Below, in pieces: positions 6,761 through 13,340 of a stretch of DNA of 14,556 bases (position 1 is its first letter; the number at the start of each line of letters is the position of its first letter). Position numbers and translations under genes: made by a program. The stretch lies in the NCBI GenBank assembly GCA_020348445.1, contig CP070751.1, positions 3,651,418 to 3,665,973 on the forward strand, given 5' to 3'. The notes under the pieces were generated by a model. The model was not told where the DNA came from. It worked only from the letters and a program-made list of their open reading frames with translations, and did no database searches. The stretch is from Thermoplasmata archaeon (GTDB lineage: Archaea > Thermoplasmatota > Thermoplasmata > GCA-020350865).

Positions 6761-8665
6761 TTACTCTCCTTCAAATCCAATGGCACCCTTGGCGCAGACC
6801 TCCTTTTGTAGGCAAACACCACATCCATTGCACAACGTGGTATCTATATCCACCTGATCATCCCTGATGTACATGGCAGGACAGCCAAATCTATCTATAC
6901 ATATTCTGCAGTCCTTGCAGAGCTCGTAGTCTATTTTTACACATGGGATTTCTGATGTTCCCCTTTTTGCCTTTACATCCAACATCTTACACAAACCCTG
7001 AGAAATTATTACAGCAGGTCCCTTGTGGGCAATCCCGTCTTTTATTGCATCTACCAGTTCCTTGATATTGTAGGTGTCCACAGTTTTTACAAATTTCACA
7101 CCGCAAGCCTTGGCAACTTCCTCAATTGAAATGGCACTGCATTCTTCACCACATGCATTTACCCCGACTCCGGGATGGGGTTGAAATCCAGTCATTGCAG
7201 TGGTTCTGTTGTCCAAAATTAAGACCGTGATGTCGGCCTTGTTGAACACGGAATTAAGAAGCGGTGGGATGCCTGCATGGAAAAAAGTGGAGTCACCAAT
7301 TGTGCAAACCACAGGATCGTCGATCACCTTGGAAAAACCGCTAGAAATGCCGATTGAAGCGCCCATACAGAAATTGACATCAACTGCAGAAAGAGGGGAT
7401 TGAAAGCCCAGGGTGTAACAGCCTATATCGGTGGGTTTTACAAATCCCTCTGATTTTTCCTCACCTTTTTTGAACTTTCTTTCCACTATTCTAAGGGCAT
7501 AGAATACGGCTCTATGACCACAACCAGGGCATAGAACAGGAGGCCTTGGTGGGGCAAGCTGGCCCGCTTTTTCTTGAACATCCAGGATTTTGGTTATATC
7601 TATTGGCAGCTGAGTTTCTGTGAATTTGGATACAGCCTCAACTACCTTGAATACTGAAAGCTCCCCGGCAAGGGGAATCAGCTCTTTTCCGAAAATTGGA
7701 ATGGAAATACCCATTTTATTAGCCTGGGCCCTCACTTCGGTTTCCACAAAGGGCTCCAATTCTTCCACAACAAGGACCTTTTCGGAACTGGAAAGTACGT
7801 TTTCCACCAGTTCATTTGGAATGGGATAAGATGTGCCTATTTTCAGCAATTTCACGTTATCAGAAATGCCAAGTACATTGAGGGCCTCCTTTACATAGCC
7901 ATAGGCTATTCCAGAGGTGATAATACCATATTTGGCTGAATCTTCACCTTCGATTCTGTTGAAGTTCAGGGAGTTTACAGCCTTTTGTATGCGTTTTAGC
8001 CTTTTAATGAGCTCCAATCTCAATTTTCTCGCGTTTTTGGGCAGATTTACCCACCTATTGGGCATTTTCTCGAATTTTCCTTTTCTTTTTTCTTTGGGTA
8101 ATTCACCAAGCGTGATATCGGCACTCGTATGTGCTATTCTCGTTGTAATCCTCAGCATGACAGGCTGGCCCCATTCTTCAGATAAGGTCAATACCGATTT
8201 TGCCATGTCCTTGGCTTCCCTGGGATCAAAGGGCTCAAAAACTGGAATATATGCCTCCCTTGCAAAAAAGCGATTGTCCTGCTCTGTATGGGAGCTGTGA
8301 CAGCCAACATCATCGGCACTTACTAGCACGATCCCTCCTTTTGCCCCCATGTACGTAAAAGCCTGAAAGGGCTCAGAGGCAACATTTACCCCCACACCCT
8401 TCATTGAGACCATGGACCTCAATCCAGCAAGTGAGGCTGCTATGGCAATCTCGGAAGCCACCTTTTCGTTCACTGACCACTCCACATAGATATCATGTTG
8501 GGAACTAATCATTATCAAAGTGGCCATGATTTCAGATGAAGGAGTTCCAGGATACGAGGCCCCGACGTTTAGGCCGCCCTCCAAAAAACCCCTTGCTATG
8601 GCCTCATTACCCATGAGAATGACCTTTTTTTGGGGGGAATCCAATAAAACATCAGATCTGCTCAT
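6761..8665 (-). CDS. iorA: Indolepyruvate:ferredoxin oxidoreductase family alpha subunit
   Basis: LMGNEAIARG, YPGTPSSEI, EWSVNEKVA, LCPGCGHR, DIGCY, TPP motif GDSTFFHAG...ILDNRTTAMTG and a C-terminal 2x[4Fe-4S] domain. The start is inferred at ATG 8665 (MSRSDVLL); the track extension to 8758 is an AT-rich promoter region. Confidence 0.93.
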   Translation of the reverse strand: MSRSDVLLDSPQKKVILMGNEAIARGFLEGGLNVGASYPGTPSSEIMATLIMISSQHDIYVEWSVNEKVASEIAIAASLAGLRSMVSMKGVGVNVASEPFQAFTYMGAKGGIVLVSADDVGCHSSHTEQDNRFFAREAYIPVFEPFDPREAKDMAKSVLTLSEEWGQPVMLRITTRIAHTSADITLGELPKEKRKGKFEKMPNRWVNLPKNARKLRLELIKRLKRIQKAVNSLNFNRIEGEDSAKYGIITSGIAYGYVKEALNVLGISDNVKLLKIGTSYPIPNELVENVLSSSEKVLVVEELEPFVETEVRAQANKMGISIPIFGKELIPLAGELSVFKVVEAVSKFTETQLPIDITKILDVQEKAGQLAPPRPPVLCPGCGHRAVFYALRIVERKFKKGEEKSEGFVKPTDIGCYTLGFQSPLSAVDVNFCMGASIGISSGFSKVIDDPVVCTIGDSTFFHAGIPPLLNSVFNKADITVLILDNRTTAMTGFQPHPGVGVNACGEECSAISIEEVAKACGVKFVKTVDTYNIKELVDAIKDGIAHKGPAVIISQGLCKMLDVKAKRGTSEIPCVKIDYELCKDCRICIDRFGCPAMYIRDDQVDIDTTLCNGCGVCLQKEVCAKGAIGFEGE

Positions 8666-8760
8666 CAAAACCGCTAATATGCTTGCTTCTATAATATTTT
8701 TCTTGATGAAGTTATAATATAAATAATTAGGAATACCAAGAAAGTGCCAAAAAACCACGG

Positions 8761-9123
8761 CTAAGTAAGGGTCTTCAACTTCTCAGCAGCCTTTTCAATC
8801 TCCCACAGAATCATGTCGATATCGTTATTTGCATCAGTTAGGCACATAAGTAACGCATTCGAGCCGGCATTCATGATAATTATATAAGCGTTTCCTGTGT
8901 GGATTATTATCTTCTTTGGAGGCCCTTTTCTGCATTCAGATGTGATATTTTTAGCCGCCCCTAACATAACTGAGCTCATGGCTCCAAATACCTCGTTTGC
9001 ATGAAATCCATATGAAAAATCCGAGAGCACCATATGGCTGTCCCTGTTAATCAGGGCCGACTCTGTCTTGGCATTTGTCTTCAATTCTCTCAAGATACCC
9101 AGGACCTTCTCCTTATACGTCAT
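8761..9123 (-). CDS. Roadblock/LC7 (MglB-like) domain protein, ~120 aa
   Basis: Fold pattern helix-(SALINRDSHMV)-helix(FGAMSSVMLGAAKNI)-IIIHT..YIIIMNAG..LLMCLT-helix matches Roadblock. It follows the GTPase gene. ATG 9123 is preferred over 9165. Confidence 0.85.
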   Translation of the reverse strand: MTYKEKVLGILRELKTNAKTESALINRDSHMVLSDFSYGFHANEVFGAMSSVMLGAAKNITSECRKGPPKKIIIHTGNAYIIIMNAGSNALLMCLTDANNDIDMILWEIEKAAEKLKTLT

Positions 9124-9161
9124 CTTTATAACCTTTTCCCATTCATAGATTTGGTAAAATC

Positions 9162-9737
9162 TCAAGAGCCAGTGTTTATACGTTCAGGATTCTTTAGGTA
9201 TTCTTCTATCATCCTTTTGCCAAGGGTTTTGAATGCCTCTTCCACATTTACACCTGTTTTTGCACTTGTTAGATACCAAAGGGAGCTGTGGATTTCCGCA
9301 AGCATCTCCATGTCTTTCTCGTTTACTTTTTCCTTACCTTGTAAATCGCTTTTATTTCCTATGAAGATAGTGGGGATATTAGCATCGCCTTCCCCCTGTA
9401 ATGATTCCATCCAGTTGTTAAGGCTCTCCATGGTCTCAGGACGAGTTATATCGCACACAAGCAGAGCTCCGCCTGCACCGTGAAGGTATGAATGGTGCAA
9501 AAGCCCTCTAAAATGTATATCACCTATAATATCCCATATCATGAAAGTCAAATTGAATATCTTATCGTACTTTGGCATTTCTATGGAAATCTGTTTTTTA
9601 GTGACTTTGGTTCCCATTGTCATTAGATAGCTATCGTCAAATATATCGTACACATATTTTTTTATCAGACTCGTTTTTCCAACGGAGCTATCCCCTAAAA
9701 AGCATACCTTCAAGGTCAGGTTCACTTCCTCAGTCAT
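9162..9737 (-). CDS. Rab-like Ras-superfamily small GTPase, 191 aa
   Basis: G1 GDSSVGKTS, G2 YLMTMG, G3 WDIIGD, G4 NKSD and G5 SAK, plus Rab-like KVCFLG and SYLHGAGGALLVCDIT. SD GGAAGTGA lies 4 nt before the ATG. Confidence 0.93.
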   Translation of the reverse strand: MTEEVNLTLKVCFLGDSSVGKTSLIKKYVYDIFDDSYLMTMGTKVTKKQISIEMPKYDKIFNLTFMIWDIIGDIHFRGLLHHSYLHGAGGALLVCDITRPETMESLNNWMESLQGEGDANIPTIFIGNKSDLQGKEKVNEKDMEMLAEIHSSLWYLTSAKTGVNVEEAFKTLGKRMIEEYLKNPERINTGS

Positions 9738-9804
9738 ATGATCACTTCCAGGATTTTCACGTTTGATAACTGTTATTTACAATGCGTATCTATCTCGCTA
9801 ATAA

Positions 9805-9840
9805 TTATAATAGAATTTGGTTGCAAAAATCAATATTGAT
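9805..9840 (-). promoter_or_regulatory. Candidate GTPase/roadblock promoter: TATTATAA box (9812..9805) with the perfect palindrome ATCAATATTGAT (9829-9840) upstream
   Basis: Read directly from the sequence. AT-rich, so chance occurrence is possible. Confidence 0.35.
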
Positions 9841-10015
9841 AACAAATTGTGTGGATAGCATCGAATATAAATTGGCCCCCGAAAATCCACAAGTGGAGAT
9901 AAAAGAGCCATTATCCTGACTGGATAACCCCATGTTGTATTAGGGGGAATATGCGAATTTTATGGTATCCCATTAATGGGACCACAAGGATTATTTACAC
10001 CTAAGAGCTAATTGA

Positions 10016-10120
10016 TTATCTCTTTTTTCTCTTGGTGGATTTCTTCTTTGTAGTTTTTTTGGATGTGCTCTTCTTTTTTGTTGTTTTCTTCGAGGTCTTC
10101 TTCTTGGTTTTTCTTGCCAT
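10016..10120 (-). CDS. 34-aa Lys/Thr/Ser-rich basic micro-protein MARKTKKKTSKKTTKKKSTSKKTTKKKSTKRKKR
   Basis: SD GAAGGTGA 4 nt before ATG 10120 and its own candidate promoter. The internal 10-aa repeat differs only at synonymous sites. The track start 10255 is probably spurious. Confidence 0.75.
   Translation of the reverse strand: MARKTKKKTSKKTTKKKSTSKKTTKKKSTKRKKR
10037..10096 (-). repeat. Tandem 2x10-codon repeat TSKKTTKKKS
   Basis: ACC TCG AAG AAA ACA ACA AAA AAG AAG AGC versus ACA TCC AAA AAA ACT ACA AAG AAG AAA TCC: identical protein, 7 of 10 codons different. Confidence 0.9.
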
Positions 10121-10184
10121 TTTTTCACCTTCCATTTTTACACAAGTGGCAAAGATTCGTGCCAGAAAAATATTCCAGGTATTT

Positions 10185-10200
10185 GAATAAAAGGTTTTTG
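10185..10200 (-). promoter_or_regulatory. Candidate BRE/TATA promoter of the basic micro-protein
   Basis: CAAAAACCTTTTATTC ~65 nt upstream of ATG 10120. It resembles CCAAAACTTTTAATAC upstream of the 11197 gene. Confidence 0.45.
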
Positions 10201-10258
10201 GAACAGTTACTTTTAAAGATAATATATCAACTAGTCTGATATAAATACGGATCATATC

Positions 10259-11197
10259 TTATTCCACTATTCCCCCGACTCCGCATTTGGAGCACCTAAC
10301 ATTCAAAGGCCTTTTGGGAACCGAGACTCTGATAATCCCTTGGCACTCTGGACATTCAAATCTCCTTGGGAGCAATCCCCCTTTCGGTTTAGGCCCAATA
10401 GGGGAAAAGACCAAAGGAGAATCGACCTCCTCTGTTTCGTGGTTTTCGAATCTTGACCAGCCATCTTCTTTATGTGCAGTTGGGAAATTACGGGTTTCGT
10501 AATTAACAGATGGTATGGAGTATTCCCGTGAGAGGGGACTTGGCTGTGGCTTGGATAGAATAACCAAAAACAATGAAACAACGCATATTATCATGGAGCA
10601 CATGGCCATCAACCATCCATTTGATCCACCCCAGCTGAACTCTACATGAGCGCTTCCGAAATCATATTCTTCAGATCCAAAGAAAGACTCAGTCATCTTT
10701 TGGGAAACGGGATCAATGTCAGGATCATCCCCTAGATCCTTTTCATATGCGGCAGGAAGTGCAAACATGATGTACAAAGGTGCGATAAGGGAGAGGATAA
10801 CGGCAATTAGGACCAGGAAAGCCCCGAATTTAGGTCCAATTTTACGGAAAACAACCATTGTGGCTCCAAGAAGGCCGATTATACATCCAACTAAACCTAC
10901 GAAGGCTAAAACCTGGGTTGTTCTGAACGTCTGAAAAATATTCAAATCCTTTATAGACTCGTTGTCATAACTAATACTAGTTGACGTGGAAAAAGTGGGG
11001 CCAAAATAGCCATAGGAGGAACCCACACTTCCACTGATTTCTGCATGGTCAAAAAAATATTCAACGCTGCTTCGGGCAGATATTCCAGAGGCACTAACCT
11101 TAGATTCTTGTCTGTACCAGGGCATGATCAGAGACAGGGTCATAAATATTAATGCCATGACCATTAGTATCGTTCCGATTTCCGCCTTCCACTTCAC
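10259..11197 (-). CDS. 4-TM membrane protein with C-terminal zinc ribbon (paralog A), ~312 aa
   Basis: Four hydrophobic segments, LSLIMPWY after TM1, and CPEC...CSKCG at the C-terminus. GTG 11197 aligns its N-terminus exactly with paralog B and has AGGTGG upstream. Confidence 0.85.
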   Translation of the reverse strand: MKWKAEIGTILMVMALIFMTLSLIMPWYRQESKVSASGISARSSVEYFFDHAEISGSVGSSYGYFGPTFSTSTSISYDNESIKDLNIFQTFRTTQVLAFVGLVGCIIGLLGATMVVFRKIGPKFGAFLVLIAVILSLIAPLYIMFALPAAYEKDLGDDPDIDPVSQKMTESFFGSEEYDFGSAHVEFSWGGSNGWLMAMCSMIICVVSLFLVILSKPQPSPLSREYSIPSVNYETRNFPTAHKEDGWSRFENHETEEVDSPLVFSPIGPKPKGGLLPRRFECPECQGIIRVSVPKRPLNVRCSKCGVGGIVE

Positions 11198-11239
11198 GAT
11201 ACCACAACCACCTGCCAAATGTTTCTTAAGAGGTTGTGT

Positions 11240-11255
11240 GTATTAAAAGTTTTGG
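11240..11255 (-). promoter_or_regulatory. Candidate BRE/TATA promoter of paralog A
   Basis: CCAAAACTTTTAATAC ~44 nt upstream of GTG 11197. Confidence 0.4.
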
Positions 11256-11340
11256 AATAGAGTGTGAAAAATGATAATCTAGGATTATTTATTACTGAAT
11301 TAAAATGATTAATGAAGATTTCATTTAAAGAGCCATATTA

Positions 11341-12291
11341 TCAATCTACAATTCCCCTCAATCCACAGTAAGGGCAGTTCAGAATCGCGGGCCTCTTTCC
11401 AGGTGCTAAAATAAATATTTTAGAGCAATCTGGGCATTGGAACTGATCCCCCTTAGATTTTAAAGAGGGGGGAATATTCAGTGCGGGAGGGGGAGCTTTT
11501 GGTTCTGCTTTAAAGACCATCTCACCAGCTGGGGATTCAGGTTGAAATACTGGCCCGGCCATAGGCTCTTCCAAGGGCGCTGGAGATTCTGGTTGAAATG
11601 TTACAACACCAGGTTGTTCTATTGGCTGTGCCTGGAAGACTGGCTCTGCTGCGGGTTTTGATGTTGCCACAAAAATCAGGGCAATTATGCATAATATCAT
11701 GGCGATGATGGGAAGGAACCATCCCGTGGAGCCGCCCCATGTGAGCTCAGCAGTCACATTCTCATTTTCGGTTTTGTCTGAACCAAAGAAATTATCACCC
11801 ATCTTTTCAAAGGGATAATAGCTTATAGTACCGGACTCATCCTCTTCTTTAAACGTGGGTGGTAATGATGTCATTAGGTAAATCGGGGCAATAAGGGTGA
11901 GAATAACTGCGAGGAAAACGAGTATGGTCCCCATCCAGGGTTTGATTTTTCCCAACATTACCATGGCTGCTCCAATCAGACCCAAAATACATCCAATTAA
12001 TCCAACGAACACAATGATTCGAGTGGTTTTAAAGATATCCACGGATTTATTGTCTTTAAAAGTTTCATTTTCATAACTTAATTCAAAGGTGACTTCAGTT
12101 GGAACACCGAATACTTTTCCCTTATATTGTTCCTTTGCATGATCCAGGTAGAATTCAGCAACAGCGCTCTCCTCTTCCCCATTTTCAGTTGCCAAAACCT
12201 CTATACTGAACCAAGGCATAATTAAAGATAATCCTACTAAAACTAATGCTACGAGAACTAGTATCATCCCGACAAGTGCTTTCTTTTGCAT
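11341..12291 (-). CDS. 4-TM membrane protein with Pro-rich linker and C-terminal zinc ribbon (paralog B), ~316 aa
   Basis: Shares LSLIMPW, F.TT....FVGL.GCI.GL.GA.MV, LIAP.Y.M..LP, KM...FFGS and WGGS.GW with paralog A, and ends CPDC...CPYCG. The start is inferred at ATG 12291 (MQKKALVG). Confidence 0.87.
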   Translation of the reverse strand: MQKKALVGMILVLVALVLVGLSLIMPWFSIEVLATENGEEESAVAEFYLDHAKEQYKGKVFGVPTEVTFELSYENETFKDNKSVDIFKTTRIIVFVGLIGCILGLIGAAMVMLGKIKPWMGTILVFLAVILTLIAPIYLMTSLPPTFKEEDESGTISYYPFEKMGDNFFGSDKTENENVTAELTWGGSTGWFLPIIAMILCIIALIFVATSKPAAEPVFQAQPIEQPGVVTFQPESPAPLEEPMAGPVFQPESPAGEMVFKAEPKAPPPALNIPPSLKSKGDQFQCPDCSKIFILAPGKRPAILNCPYCGLRGIVD

Positions 12292-12400
12292 GCAAACACA
12301 AGCACCCGAACTATATTTAGAGAATAAATATTTTTTTATACGTGATTTTATCAATAAAGTGGATTTATAGGCATTTTAATCTCTAAACGACGATAATTTA

Positions 12401-12408
12401 TTTATATA
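12401..12408 (+). promoter_or_regulatory. Candidate TATA box for the 12450/13333 gene pair
   Basis: TTTATATA ~42 nt upstream of ATG 12450, which has an SD-like GAGGAAGGT. Confidence 0.5.
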
Positions 12409-12449
12409 TTCGATTCCATTCACATAACAGGACTGAGGAAGGTAAAAAT

Positions 12450-13340
12450 ATGCCTTATTGTCCCAATTGCGCAAATCCTGTTACTGGGAGAATTTGCCAG
12501 TACTGTGGCTATGATGTCTATCGTCCCCCACAAATACCCCAAGCCCAATACGGCCCACCAATAGGAGAAATAATAGGTAAAAGTACTGTGGCTAAAATGG
12601 GAATTGCTTTGCTGATAATAGGCATTATTGGCTTGATTTTAGCTGTAGGTGTTCCATGGATTATTGCTGAGAGAGAGGTAGGAGATTATTACGAGGAGAT
12701 ATATGAGTGCCAAGAATGTGGATATTCAGAAGATTCCTACTTCTACCGATGCCCAGAATGCGAATCCTATGACGTAGACTGGGATGAGGTATATGTAGAG
12801 GGAGAAACAGCTTCTTTTTCGTTTAACTATGATTTAGATCTCGTCGATGGTGATGAAGATGATTGGGGCTTAGATAAATTCACTACCGGCGAAATGGAGG
12901 ATTACTTTGAAGACACCATTGGTCAAGCATTTATTGGCCTTATTTTAACGATAGTTATTGCTATAATCCTAATAATTGTGGGAATCATGGCCTTTTCAGG
13001 CAGACATCAAACTGTAATCTTTCAGGGATTAACTGTTATTGTTGCGGCAATATTATTGATCCCTGCCGTACTGATGATCGTTTCTGGGATTAATCTGGTT
13101 GGATTTAATATACTAGAGGGGCATTATAACGAGAATCAAGAAAAAACTGGAGACGAGGTGACCTCTTCAACTATTTATCCCGCAGGATATTTGGTACTAA
13201 TATTTGGTCTAATCATATTAATTTTCGCCTTTACAATCATGATAAAAGAACTTCATAATATCTCTTCGTCTCAGCAGACCCAGTCAGCTCCCATTCAGCC
13301 TCGCTCACCCCAATATCCTGGAGGTGATTTTTATAGATAA
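12450..13340 (+). CDS. 4-TM membrane protein with N-terminal zinc ribbon and a second CxxC..CxxC in the loop after TM1 (C), 296 aa
   Basis: MPYCPNC...CQYCG, a Pro/Gln linker, TM1-PW, an acidic loop with YECQECG...RCPECES, then three more TM segments. Confidence 0.87.
   Translation: MPYCPNCANPVTGRICQYCGYDVYRPPQIPQAQYGPPIGEIIGKSTVAKMGIALLIIGIIGLILAVGVPWIIAEREVGDYYEEIYECQECGYSEDSYFYRCPECESYDVDWDEVYVEGETASFSFNYDLDLVDGDEDDWGLDKFTTGEMEDYFEDTIGQAFIGLILTIVIAIILIIVGIMAFSGRHQTVIFQGLTVIVAAILLIPAVLMIVSGINLVGFNILEGHYNENQEKTGDEVTSSTIYPAGYLVLIFGLIILIFAFTIMIKELHNISSSQQTQSAPIQPRSPQYPGGDFYR

Noticed and set aside
7200-9483. Plus-strand ORFs including 7917..8300 (127 aa) and 9034..9483 (149 aa)
   Set aside because: Antisense to iorA, the roadblock gene and the GTPase; the translations look like typical antisense read-through.
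335-9737. Direct functional link between the rabphilin-like zinc finger and the Rab-like GTPase
   Set aside because: They are ~9 kb apart in different operons, and the finger lacks the flanking helix and motif that Rab effectors use. The similarity may only reflect Cys spacing.
9850-9929. DnaA-box-like 9-mers (CTATCCACA on the minus strand at 9850-58, and weaker matches)
   Set aside because: None is a perfect TTATCCACA and the context looks archaeal, where DnaA is not expected. No ORB-type G-string repeats or cdc6 are nearby.
10121-10255. 45-aa N-terminal extension of the Lys-rich ORF in the track
   Set aside because: It spans the promoter-like box and SD of ATG 10120, has no SD of its own, and has unrelated composition.
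12702-12761. RadA/Sms-like assignment from YECQECG
   Set aside because: There is no RecA-type ATPase domain; it is an isolated Cys4 knuckle in a membrane protein.
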